Of a stretch of 64,000 bases of DNA, positions 8,951 to 17,506 are shown in pieces. Below the pieces are notes generated by a model. That model had not been told where the DNA came from and made no database searches. It saw only the letters and a program-made list of their open reading frames with translations. Position numbers and translations under genes: made by a program. Every line of letters starts with the position of its first letter. Position 1 is the stretch's first letter. The stretch is from Minisyncoccota bacterium (GTDB lineage: Bacteria > Patescibacteriota > Minisyncoccia > Phycocordibacterales > Phycocordibacteraceae). The DNA is taken from the NCBI GenBank assembly GCA_041663025.1, contig JBAZRE010000001.1, positions 5,912-69,911 of the forward strand, given 5' to 3'.

Positions 8951-9592
8951 TTATGGCTGCATCACAATTATACTCCCATCGCGACCAATGAGATCCTTCT
9001 TTTTCAATGTTAATTTATCAACTGTATCGCTCCCGTTCCCGGTCGCTTTCAAGAATGCTTCAAGTGCTTTCGGCTGACCGATACCACTCCAGTGCATCGG
9101 GATGATGATCTTCGGCTCGAGCGAGACCGCGAGCTCATGCGCTTTTGATGGGGAGAGGACACCATCGCCTCCAACTGGAACGAAAAGCACATCAACCTCG
9201 CCCATGTTCTCGCGCGCCTCCTTAGAGAGCTCGGCATCAGCGAGAGCTCCTAGATGCACGAGTGTCATGTCTTCAAGCTCAACACTATAGATAGTATTCA
9301 CCGCTTCTTCCTGACCTTTTGCAAGACCATATTTAGATTTAGAGAGAAATCCTTGAATATTAATGCCTTGTTTTTCGTATTCACCGGGGCCAGTGATTGC
9401 AAATGGCTTCTTCTCGCCGTAGGTCACTTCTTCAACACCATTCATATCTGCATGATCGCGTGAGACGAGAGCGATGTCCGCGCCGAAGCGTACCGGAGGC
9501 AAACTTGCACCTTTGGCAATTGGATCAAATACAAGCGTTAAGTCACCAAAAGTGACTTTAAAACACTGCCCGCCGTGGTGGGTTATGACCAT
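8951..9592 (-). CDS. MBL-fold metal-dependent hydrolase (UPF0173-like)
   Basis: 213 aa. MVITHHGGQCFKV…DPI…LVSRDHADM…VDVLFVPVGG…IIPMHW is typical of the metallo-beta-lactamase superfamily. Confidence 0.7.
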   Translation of the reverse strand: MVITHHGGQCFKVTFGDLTLVFDPIAKGASLPPVRFGADIALVSRDHADMNGVEEVTYGEKKPFAITGPGEYEKQGINIQGFLSKSKYGLAKGQEEAVNTIYSVELEDMTLVHLGALADAELSKEARENMGEVDVLFVPVGGDGVLSPSKAHELAVSLEPKIIIPMHWSGIGQPKALEAFLKATGNGSDTVDKLTLKKKDLIGRDGSIIVMQP

Positions 9593-10056
9593 AATTTAGG
9601 CTTATTCTATCATAAAACGCCTCTATCCACAACGGGTTTTATAGACTCTTGCGAAGAAAACTGGCTCTGCTATATTCATATTCAGACAAGTTCCTTGGAT
9701 CGGCGTGTTGCCGAGGCGCTCATGTCTTCACTGGGCCGGTTGGCTAAACTAAAGGAGATTGCTCTATGATTGCTTTTACATGCAGTACAACGTTTTGAAC
9801 CTTGTGAAATCATGATGTAGTAATCTGGTCGTCTCGCCTGACCTTAGTCAGCGAGACCGTTAGAAGGATTAACTCGGCCGGATGGCCACAACTAGATGCC
9901 CGCTTCCTCTCGGAGGACCGGGCATTTACCTTTTTCATACTTTCTGCTATAGTCCCTCTGTTGCGTGCTGAGAAGTAGATTCTGGCTAACACTGATGTTC
10001 TAAGGTTTAACCTCAGAACCAGCACCGGATTCGAAAATCTGCATAGCTTTATATAA

Positions 10057-11181
10057 ATGTCCGAGGAAAAATCCGGAGCAAAAGCTGCTCCAGTGCCAAC
10101 TATTCATTTAACCGAAGGCCATCCGATGGAAGGTCTGATTGATAGTATCCCGACGCCGCCATCAACCGGCGACTTGGTCGATGGCACTATCATCGCGATG
10201 AATCGTGGGCGCGTCTATGTCGACCTGCCACCCTTCGGCACAGGCATCATCTATGGTCGCGAATACCTCAACGCCGCTGATGTATTGCGCAAGGCGAATC
10301 CAGGAGACTCTATCAGCGCAAAAGTTATTGATCCGGCCGGTCGCGAAGGATACTTCGAGCTCTCACTCAAGGAAGCTCGCCAGGCAGCTATCTGGGGAGA
10401 GGCAGAAACTGCAATTCTCTCACAGACGCCATATTCACTCATCGTCGAAGAGGCGAACAAGGGCGGTTTAATTCTCTCGTGGCAGGGCATTGCCGGGTTC
10501 CTCCCCGCTTCACAACTCTCTAAGGATCATTATCCGCGCGTGCCAGAAGGTGATAAGGACAAGATTCTTGGTGAGCTCATGAATCTCATTGGTAAGCCGC
10601 TCTCAGTGCGCATTATCACTGCCGACGCGAAGGAGGGCAAACTTATTTTCTCAGAGCGCACCGGTAATGAGGCAGAAGAAAAGGCATCACTCATTGATAA
10701 GTATCAGGTTGGCGACACAGCGACCGGAGAAGTGACCGGCGTTGTTGATTTCGGCGTCTTCGTGAAGCTGGAGCAAGGGCTTGAAGGCCTTGCTCACATC
10801 AGCGAGCTTGATTGGGGACTTGTTGAAGATCCTCATGCACTCTTTACTGTTGGTGACGCGGTCAAGGTGAAGATTATTGAAATAAAGGAGGGCAAGATCT
10901 CGCTCTCGATCAAGGCACTCAAGGAGAACCCTTGGCACACCGCCGCTGATCGTTATAAGAAAGACATGGAGGTGCCCGGTGTCATCATCAAGTACAACAA
11001 ACATGGCGCGCTCGCTTCTATTGAAGAAGGTGTTGCTGGCTTGGTGCATGTGAGCGAGTTTGAGACTCCTGCGGCACTTCGCGAGGCGCTCGAGCTCGGC
11101 AAGACGTATCCATTCACAATCTCCCTCTTTGAGCCGAAGGAACAGCGCATGACGCTGACGTATAACGGAAAGAAGAAGTAG
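10057..11181 (+). CDS. rpsA: S1 RNA-binding domain protein (ribosomal protein S1-like, four S1 repeats)
   Basis: 374 aa with repeated S1 motifs (GDLVDGTIIAMNRGRVYVDL, GDTATGEVTGVVDFGVFVKL, GDAVKVKIIEIKEGKISLSIK). Confidence 0.75.
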   Translation: MSEEKSGAKAAPVPTIHLTEGHPMEGLIDSIPTPPSTGDLVDGTIIAMNRGRVYVDLPPFGTGIIYGREYLNAADVLRKANPGDSISAKVIDPAGREGYFELSLKEARQAAIWGEAETAILSQTPYSLIVEEANKGGLILSWQGIAGFLPASQLSKDHYPRVPEGDKDKILGELMNLIGKPLSVRIITADAKEGKLIFSERTGNEAEEKASLIDKYQVGDTATGEVTGVVDFGVFVKLEQGLEGLAHISELDWGLVEDPHALFTVGDAVKVKIIEIKEGKISLSIKALKENPWHTAADRYKKDMEVPGVIIKYNKHGALASIEEGVAGLVHVSEFETPAALREALELGKTYPFTISLFEPKEQRMTLTYNGKKK

Positions 11182-11192
11182 GAAAACAAATA

Positions 11193-11230
11193 AAAAAACA
11201 CCCTCGTAAGAACGAGGGTGTTTTTTTATT
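11193..11230. terminator. bidirectional rho-independent terminator between rpsA and pth
   Basis: AAAAAAACACCCTCG-TAAGAA-CGAGGGTGTTTTTTTATT. Confidence 0.7.
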
Positions 11231-11825
11231 AGCGGGTATTCGCGAATTGGGTTGCGGATTCGATACCTTCGGTCGCGAAGAGGCACACGGACTCGGCAAC
11301 TTTTTTCATGACTTTTTTCACTATCGCCTCTTCACTCGGCTTCCACTTCCCTATCACATGCTTGATGACCTTCTCGTCACCTGAAACTTTCTTTGCCTGA
11401 TTCTTTTTGCCTGCTGCACTGATGCCGATGCGGATGCGCGCGAAGTTTTCAGTCTTGAGCGCGCGCATGATGCTCTCGACACCTTTGTGCCCGCCGCTCC
11501 CACGCCCAAACACCATTTTTATCGTCCCAAGTGGCAAATCTAAGTCATCATGAATCACGAGCAAGCTTTTTGCGGCTTTAGGCGACTTAACAAACGCACT
11601 CACTGCCTTCCCCGAGAGATTCATCATGGTCTCTGGCAAGACGAGTGTTGCGTTTTCTTCGTCAATCGCGCCTTTGCTTACGAGGGCATTGCTCGTTTTG
11701 TTGAAAGTAAACTCATCAAAGCTCTGGTTCTTAGCAACAAGCATGACTGCACTTCTGCCGGCGTTGTGTCGTGTCTTTTCGTATTCTTTTCCCGGATTCC
11801 CAAGCCCGACGATGATGAGTGTCAT
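11229..11825 (-). CDS. pth: peptidyl-tRNA hydrolase
   Basis: 198 aa. MTLIIVGLGNPGKEYEKTRHNAG…DDLDLPLG…GHKG. Confidence 0.9.
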   Translation of the reverse strand: MTLIIVGLGNPGKEYEKTRHNAGRSAVMLVAKNQSFDEFTFNKTSNALVSKGAIDEENATLVLPETMMNLSGKAVSAFVKSPKAAKSLLVIHDDLDLPLGTIKMVFGRGSGGHKGVESIMRALKTENFARIRIGISAAGKKNQAKKVSGDEKVIKHVIGKWKPSEEAIVKKVMKKVAESVCLFATEGIESATQFANTR

Positions 11826-11873
11826 GCGAGAATCGTATCACAAACTTGCATGCTGCAAACAGACGAGTACACT

Positions 11874-12467
11874 ATGCATATGTCTGACACTTGGAAGGGT
11901 CTGCTGAAGGATCTTTTCACGCTTGCACTCCTTGTTATTGTCGTTGTTATCCCGATTCGTGTCTTCGTCATTTCTCCTTTTGTTGTTGATGGTGAATCAA
12001 TGCATCCAACCTTTGAGAATCTCGACTATCTTATTGTTGACGAGTTTCTCTACATCTTCCAAACACCCGCCCGCGGTGATGTGGTCGTCTTCCGCTACCC
12101 AGACAATCCATCTATTTTTTATATCAAGCGCGTTATCGGACTCCCAGGCGAGACTGTCTCTATCAATAGAGGCGCGGTGACCATTATCAAAGCCGATGGG
12201 AGCGAGCTAACGCTAGCCGAGCCATACATTGTGAACGAAGACGCGACGTACACAAAAAACACTTCGCTCAACTCTGGTGAATATTTTGTTATGGGAGACA
12301 ATCGTCCGAACAGTTCTGACTCACGCATTTGGGGTCCATTGCAAAGGAAGAATATTATCGGTCGCGTCGACCTCCGGCTCCTCCCTATTTCAAAAAGTAG
12401 TTTCTTCCCAGGTGCAACGACTTATTCATCTATCACTGCAAGTTCGACAAAATCCCTTGCACCATGA
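11874..12467 (+). CDS. lepB: signal peptidase I
   Basis: ATG at 11874 (MHMSDTW…) is chosen over the longer ORF-track start. TM helix, then VVDGESMHPTF (Ser box), YIKRVIGLPGETV (Lys box) and FVMGDNRPNSSDSR. Confidence 0.85.
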   Translation: MHMSDTWKGLLKDLFTLALLVIVVVIPIRVFVISPFVVDGESMHPTFENLDYLIVDEFLYIFQTPARGDVVVFRYPDNPSIFYIKRVIGLPGETVSINRGAVTIIKADGSELTLAEPYIVNEDATYTKNTSLNSGEYFVMGDNRPNSSDSRIWGPLQRKNIIGRVDLRLLPISKSSFFPGATTYSSITASSTKSLAP

Positions 12468-13609
12468 TGCGCGATATTATCCCAGGAGAAGAGCTTTTGA
12501 GTAAATCACACGCTATTGGTCAGTATTACGGTTTCACTCCACTCTCCACGCTCACCGATAAAACGCGCGGCGCCGCCCGTCCAAAAAAAAATATTCCCGA
12601 TGCCGATATTGATTTCGGGAATGATCCGGTAGCTGACACCGTCGTAAACTTTTTGAAACAGTGCCGAAACTCTGAGTGCGTACCCTCTTCGCGGCGACCA
12701 CTCTTTATCTGGCATACGAACATTACCCCAGGGCGTCCAGTGCAGAAAAAAACAATCATACAATTCCACGCGCTCGGCACCGATCGCGCGATTGCAGATG
12801 CGGTTGTCATTCGCGCGCTCGTCGCCCTCTCGCGCGACCTCTTCCGTACTGAGCCCGTGGTGCGTATCAATTCAATGGGCGATAAGGAGACCCGCGCGCG
12901 CTACGCGCGCGAGCTCGGGTGTTATTTCAAAAAACGCGCGAACTCACTCCCCGATGAGTGTGCAGTGTGTGCGAAACGTGATGTGATTGAAGCTGCAGAG
13001 ATGGTTATTGCGCGTGGCTGGGCAGAGGATCTCCCGGCACCGACCGAGCATCTTTCTGATGCGAGCCGTAAACGTTTTGAAGATTTGCTCGAGTATCTTG
13101 AAATGACCGAAACACCCTATGAACTCGCACGCCACCTCATTAGCCGTAGCAATGCATGGAACGATATCTGTTTCGAAGTCATGGTTGGTGAACGACGTGT
13201 AGCATGGGGCTCGCGCTATGGTGATCTCACGAAGCACTTCTTCCCTGGTGCGCCATTCGCCGCAACGGGCGCAGTATTCCAAATCGCGAGTGAAGGTGCC
13301 GTGGTGAAGAAAACGTCACCATCGCGATTCCGCTTCTCCTTTATCCATATTGGCGACGAGGCAAAGCGGCACTCGATCCGCCTCGCTGAAGAATTCCGCA
13401 AAGCGCGCGTCCCGCTCACTCAAGATATCGGTGTCGAATCGCTAGCCGAACAGCTCTATCTCGCCGAGAAGCGCGACAGCCCCTATCTCCTCATTATGGG
13501 CCGCAAAGAGGCGCTTGAGAATTCGGCGATCCTCCGCAATCGCCAAACGCAACAAGAAACCATCCTCCCCCTCCTCGGCCTCGTCGACCGCCTAAAGTCG
13601 TTTGCATAA
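12464..13609 (+). CDS. hisS: histidyl-tRNA synthetase-like class II aaRS (divergent catalytic motifs)
   Basis: 381 aa. QFHALGTD resembles the HisRS motif 2 region and GSRYGDL resembles HisRS GGRYDxL. The C-terminal class II anticodon-binding domain reads FSFIHIGDEAKRHSIRLAEEFRKARVPLTQD…YLLIMGRKEAL. The N-terminal third aligns poorly. Confidence 0.5.
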   Translation: MMRDIIPGEELLSKSHAIGQYYGFTPLSTLTDKTRGAARPKKNIPDADIDFGNDPVADTVVNFLKQCRNSECVPSSRRPLFIWHTNITPGRPVQKKTIIQFHALGTDRAIADAVVIRALVALSRDLFRTEPVVRINSMGDKETRARYARELGCYFKKRANSLPDECAVCAKRDVIEAAEMVIARGWAEDLPAPTEHLSDASRKRFEDLLEYLEMTETPYELARHLISRSNAWNDICFEVMVGERRVAWGSRYGDLTKHFFPGAPFAATGAVFQIASEGAVVKKTSPSRFRFSFIHIGDEAKRHSIRLAEEFRKARVPLTQDIGVESLAEQLYLAEKRDSPYLLIMGRKEALENSAILRNRQTQQETILPLLGLVDRLKSFA

Positions 13610-13612
13610 CTA

Positions 13613-13633
13613 CCGTAAGGTGTCACCTTACGG
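13613..13633. repeat. REP-like hairpin, solitary copy of family 1
   Basis: Perfect palindrome CCGTAAGGTGTCACCTTACGG. The same unit occurs at 40057, 40098 and 40830-40874 next to a RAYT gene. Confidence 0.8.
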
Positions 13634-13720
13634 ATTTACATCGGATGTCTAATTTGCTACCCTGCTCTACGGATATTTTGTTCCGTAACCTTAAGCCAGA
13701 ACACCAGAAAGGGGGTTCAT

Positions 13721-14464
13721 ATGCCACGAGAATTACAGAAAGTTACGCAGTATGAGTTCGATATGTTGGGCGCCGCGCTTGCGCAAGAGGGTTGGCAGAT
13801 TGAATGCCAATATTCGGTAAACGATATTGAGCCGATAATGCTCAACATCCTTGATTTCAAACTTACTCCTTTTGACACCGGAAAGGTGCAACTCGCTCTA
13901 ACCCTCCGAGAGAAAGGCGACTTGTTTAGGGAGGAGTTCGAGATTGAAGTCAAAAGAGTCTTTGCCGAAGGACAGCTCGGAATAGCGACCGGTGAACTAC
14001 GACGATTTACTGTCGCGGTCCGCAACCTACCGAGAATGCACCGCCCTGGTGCACGTTTAGGATTTGGTTATTGGCGCGTGCTTAAACCGAACACTTTCGG
14101 ACTTCTCTTCACCCGAAGCAAAGCAGCTCTGCCAGGGTGGCCGCTTCACAAACATCTTCAGCACCACCAACATCCTACGTACGGATTTGAAGAACATCTG
14201 AAGAGATACGGAAATGGTGACAATCTTCTCCGCACTGCGCGCTTTGCGCAATCACAAGCTCTTCAAGTCGGCGATATTCTCGCAACTGGTGACAAAGTTC
14301 TCTCTCCTCCGCGGAGAGGATTCAACGGTTCGGTTCTCATTCACCTAACCGGAGGATTCAACGGTCATTGGATTGATGTTGCGTCTCGACTCCCGATTGC
14401 CCTGCTAACTGCGGAAGATCATGCCCCTGCGGAAATCTGGAATCGAATCTGGAACCAAACGTGA
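13721..14464 (+). CDS. hypothetical protein
   Basis: 247 aa with a good SD (AGAAAGGGGG) before ATG. No recognisable motifs. Confidence 0.45.
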   Translation: MPRELQKVTQYEFDMLGAALAQEGWQIECQYSVNDIEPIMLNILDFKLTPFDTGKVQLALTLREKGDLFREEFEIEVKRVFAEGQLGIATGELRRFTVAVRNLPRMHRPGARLGFGYWRVLKPNTFGLLFTRSKAALPGWPLHKHLQHHQHPTYGFEEHLKRYGNGDNLLRTARFAQSQALQVGDILATGDKVLSPPRRGFNGSVLIHLTGGFNGHWIDVASRLPIALLTAEDHAPAEIWNRIWNQT

Positions 14465-14481
14465 TACCCCAAGCCTACGAA

Positions 14482-14514
14482 GAGCCCTCCCGCTCCTTGT
14501 GGGCTTTTTGTTTA
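14482..14514 (+). terminator. rho-independent terminator
   Basis: GAGCCCTCCCGCTCCTTGTGGGCTTTTTGTTT. Confidence 0.6.
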
Positions 14515-14516
14515 TC

Positions 14517-14558
14517 CACTATTTATAACGGTCGTAGATACTTTTTGATATTACTTCA
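14517..14558. repeat. copy-specific direct repeat B1, downstream flank of paralog 2
   Basis: …TTTATAACGGTCGTAGATACTTTTTGATATTAC. The core ACGGTCGT..ATA.TTTTTGATA is shared with 15143-15170. Confidence 0.55.
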
Positions 14559-15132
14559 GACCGAAATGTTCGCGCAGATGCTTATCGTTTTCAATTTCTT
14601 CAACAACCATATACAACACAGCAGACCCAATCTTTAACTCTGCTTTTAACAATGCAACGAAATCCTCACAATCGTATGGAAAGACCCATACGCTATCCTG
14701 TAGACGAACGAAGCCAATTTCCTGCATAAGAATTCGCAATCGATCGCGTGTCTTGCGGCGACGCTCCGGCACGTCAAAGATAACCACGCGCCACCTGCCA
14801 TTCCAGCGGCGTTTTTTGGAGAGATCTAATTTCTTTTTCTCGAGTTCGAAAGTAAGTTTCTTCTGTCCCGCATCCGTGATTTGCGCATATGATTTGCCAT
14901 CCCTTTTTTGAAACGTAACAAGTCCGAGCACTGCAAGCCTCCCAAGTGCAGTACGGTATTGGTAACGTAATTTCGCTCGTTGTAACGGAGGTAGTTTCGC
15001 AAGCGCTCCCGGCAGACCAGGCGCTATGGCCGCGACAAGTACGACACCCGATAGAGCAACAGCGGCAAGCAAACCAGCTTGGACATTTGTACGTATTCTC
15101 TTTTTCTTCGCTCCTGATTCTACATTCCCCAT
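14551..15132 (-). CDS. membrane-anchored winged-helix + Cas2-like domain protein (paralog 2 of 3)
   Basis: 193 aa with a basic N-terminus, a TM helix (AGLLAAVALSGVVLVAAIAPG) and a wing segment (GLVTFQKRDGKSYAQITDAGQKKL). The C-terminus is WRVVIFDVPERRRKTRDRLRILMQEIGFVRLQDSVWVFPYDCEDFVALLKAELKIG. Confidence 0.5.
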   Translation of the reverse strand: MGNVESGAKKKRIRTNVQAGLLAAVALSGVVLVAAIAPGLPGALAKLPPLQRAKLRYQYRTALGRLAVLGLVTFQKRDGKSYAQITDAGQKKLTFELEKKKLDLSKKRRWNGRWRVVIFDVPERRRKTRDRLRILMQEIGFVRLQDSVWVFPYDCEDFVALLKAELKIGSAVLYMVVEEIENDKHLREHFGLK

Positions 15133-15175
15133 ATCAAAAATATACCACGGTCGTGTATAGTTTTTGATACAGAGG
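15130..15175. promoter_or_regulatory. palindromic site B2 in the divergent promoter region between paralog 2 and the 81-aa ORF
   Basis: catATCAAAAAtataccacggtcgtgtatagTTTTTGATacag. It has 8-9 bp inverted arms around a spacer of about 20 bp, and is a diverged direct repeat of 14517-14558. Confidence 0.5.
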
Positions 15176-15264
15176 TGGTGCTTGCGGTATGGCTTGTGGG
15201 GTGGTATAAAAACCTCGGAGTTTTTGTTGTTTAACTGAAATCAACCGGAAGAAAGGAGCAGCCT

Positions 15265-15510
15265 ATGGAAAAAGAATGGAGAAATATCTTTGTTGTAATC
15301 GACCGGAAAAAGAAGATAGATCCTGTCAATACTCTGTCAATTTTTTTGAACATCTACGGCATTAAGCCAACGGAAGTGGTTATTGTGCAGACAACAAACC
15401 GCGGGGGCATTGATGATGTTTGCAATGTAGATGAAGTAAGAATTGATATGCTGATTTATGTTACAAAGGCGGCACTAATCCCGAACGGAAGGACATTGTT
15501 GGGGTTCTGA
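15265..15510 (+). CDS. small hypothetical protein (81 aa), divergent from paralog 2
   Basis: SD GAAAGGAG sits 6 nt before ATG, and a terminator hairpin follows at 15521-15565. Confidence 0.45.
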   Translation: MEKEWRNIFVVIDRKKKIDPVNTLSIFLNIYGIKPTEVVIVQTTNRGGIDDVCNVDEVRIDMLIYVTKAALIPNGRTLLGF

Positions 15511-15520
15511 AATCTCCAAG

Positions 15521-15565
15521 CTCACGAAAGCCCACACGCTTCTCGTGGGCTTTTCGTTTTTATTA
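15521..15565 (+). terminator. rho-independent terminator
   Basis: AAAGCCCACACGCTTCTCGTGGGCTTTTCGTTTTT. Confidence 0.6.
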
Positions 15566-15588
15566 TGATGTGCTAGAGTGGCGGAATC

Positions 15589-15849
15589 ATGTCAGCAGAC
15601 ACAAGAGTCGAAGTATCACGCGGGAAGAACGAGAGCGCGACCGCGCTTATTCGCCGCTTTACCCGCCGCGCGCAGGGGCTTGGCCTCGTGCGCGAGATGC
15701 GCGACCGCCGCTACTTCAAGCGGACGAAATCTAAGAATGTTGGCCTCAAGCGCGCCCTCATCAGCAAGGTTCGCCGCGAAAATTACAACGAGCTCGTGAA
15801 GCTCGGCAAGATTGATCCTGCAGCGAAGAAGGTTCGCGGGAAGCACTAG
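15589..15849 (+). CDS. rpsU: 30S ribosomal protein S21-like
   Basis: 86 aa, basic. ALIRRFTRRAQGLGLVREMRDRRYFKRTKSKNVGLKRA fits the S21 pattern (RRF.R…G…..R.R.YF.KP). Confidence 0.65.
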   Translation: MSADTRVEVSRGKNESATALIRRFTRRAQGLGLVREMRDRRYFKRTKSKNVGLKRALISKVRRENYNELVKLGKIDPAAKKVRGKH

Positions 15850-15856
15850 TTTAATA

Positions 15857-16309
15857 ATGAGTGTCGATATAAAAAACCTCACCCGCCGACATCATGAAGT
15901 TGGGGCGGGTTCTGTGTTTTCTACCATTGCAGCTGACGTACTTCCCGACTGGGATATCTCACTCGTTTTTGTCGGGCCGAAGCAAGCGCAAGAATTAAAT
16001 AAAAAATTACGCGATAAGACCTACATACCCAATGTGCTTTCTTACACCGTTGGCGAGAAGAGTGGCGAGATATTTATTTGCCCGAGTGAGGCAGACAAAC
16101 AAGCGTCTGACTTCAAGCTTCCTGCATCCAGCTTCCTGCTCCTACTCTTTATCCACGGTTTACTTCATATAAAGGGAATGGCGCATGGTGCTACTATGGA
16201 GGCATGCGAGCAAAAACTCCTGAGCTTTTATGGCACGACGCATAGCGACCGGAATCGACATCGGCACGTACCAGATCAAGATGGTCGTCGTCGAGGAGCT
16301 CACCGATAA
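15857..16309 (+). CDS. ybeY: endoribonuclease YbeY (rRNA maturation factor)
   Basis: Internal Met MSVDIKNL… is the probable start. The zinc motif IHGLLHIKGMAHG matches H..LH..G.DH. The 3' end overlaps the ftsA start by about 80 nt in another frame. Confidence 0.75.
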   Translation: MSVDIKNLTRRHHEVGAGSVFSTIAADVLPDWDISLVFVGPKQAQELNKKLRDKTYIPNVLSYTVGEKSGEIFICPSEADKQASDFKLPASSFLLLLFIHGLLHIKGMAHGATMEACEQKLLSFYGTTHSDRNRHRHVPDQDGRRRGAHR

Positions 16310-17390
16310 GCGCACGGGCGTACGGCAGGTGCGTATTCTTGGCACGGGCCTCGCTGAGTCGAAGGGCTTGCGGCATGGCTACATCGTCAATAAAGAAGAA
16401 GTATCTGTCTGCATCCAGAGAGCGAAGAAACAAGCGGAGTCGGTCGCACACGTGCCTATACGAGCTGGGTTCCTCGCCGTCGGCGGTATCTCTCTTGATG
16501 AAGCACGTGCAACTGGCTCTGCAATCATCTCACGCGCTGATCAAGAAATAACTACGCTCGATATCGAAAAGGCCGGAAAGGCAGCGCGTGAAGTTGCTGC
16601 ACCTGGTTTTCTTAATCGACATGTCCTGCACAGCATCCCCCTTGAATATCGAATTGATGGTTCCAAGGTACTTGGCGATCCGCTCGGTATGAAAGGTATA
16701 AAACTCGAGGTCGACTATCTATTTGTTACATGCCTCGCTCAGCATGAAGAGGCACTCTCAAAAGCGGTTGAAGATGCGGATATTGAAATAATTGATCAGA
16801 TGGCTTCCCCACTCGCTGGTTCGTATGTCCTCTTGGAGGGTGACCAGAAGATGAAGGGATGCGTGCTGGCGAACATCGGTGCCGAAACTGTTTCTATTGT
16901 TGTCTATGATGAGGGCATCCCAGTTTCTGTCAAAGTGTTCCCAATGGGTTCGAGCCACATCACAGATGATATTGCACTCGGATTCCGCATCTCACTCGAA
17001 GAAGCTGAACGTGTGAAGCTCGGGCGACTCTCGGGACAGATGTATCCGCGAAAAAAAGTTGATGATCTTGTCGGCAATCGCCTCACTGCGATGTTTGCGC
17101 TCGTTGATAAACATCTCAAATCGCTCGGTCGTCGTGGACCACTGCCGGCCGGCATTATTATTTCTGGTGGCGGTGCTGGCATCGGCTCGGTAAGTGATAT
17201 CGCGAGAGGGTCTCTGAAGCTCCCTTCACGCCTCGCAGAGCTGCGCATCTCTGCTGATACAAAAATTCGTGATGCGACCTGGGCGGTTGCATATGGCCTC
17301 GCGATCTGGGGACTCACTGGCGACACGAATGCTCCAAAAAAGAATTTTCTTGCCTCACTATCAAAATTCTTTCGCCAGTTCTTGCCATAG
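16230..17390 (+). CDS. ftsA: cell division protein FtsA
   Basis: 386 aa with an actin-like fold. GIDIGTYQIKMVVVEE…, …IISGGGAGIGSV…, and a C-terminal amphipathic tail. Confidence 0.85.
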   Translation: MARRIATGIDIGTYQIKMVVVEELTDKRTGVRQVRILGTGLAESKGLRHGYIVNKEEVSVCIQRAKKQAESVAHVPIRAGFLAVGGISLDEARATGSAIISRADQEITTLDIEKAGKAAREVAAPGFLNRHVLHSIPLEYRIDGSKVLGDPLGMKGIKLEVDYLFVTCLAQHEEALSKAVEDADIEIIDQMASPLAGSYVLLEGDQKMKGCVLANIGAETVSIVVYDEGIPVSVKVFPMGSSHITDDIALGFRISLEEAERVKLGRLSGQMYPRKKVDDLVGNRLTAMFALVDKHLKSLGRRGPLPAGIIISGGGAGIGSVSDIARGSLKLPSRLAELRISADTKIRDATWAVAYGLAIWGLTGDTNAPKKNFLASLSKFFRQFLP

Positions 17391-17506
17391 ACAAAATAAA
17401 TAGATTTTGTGTTGACTTTTTGTTGCCTAGCTAGTATAGATGAGTTCGTGAGGTTTTGATCTCACGGGGTGTTCTTTCCATTAACCTATAACGATGGAGG
17501 TGTGAA

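Noticed and set aside
9593-10056. Possible RNase P RNA or SRP RNA in the long gap before rpsA (GGACCGGGC and CAGAACCAGCACCGGATT looked vaguely P4-like).
   Set aside because: Matches were partial. A far better RNase P RNA, with both P4 strands and P1 pairing, is present at 40899-41241. This gap is better explained as the rpsA leader.
15265-15510. Whether the 81-aa ORF (…NIFVVIDRKKK…) is itself a mini-Cas2.
   Set aside because: The superficial hV-V-[IV]-D start is not followed by the G-x-R-[VL]-Q-x-S-V-[FW] strand or the basic helix. It is left as hypothetical.
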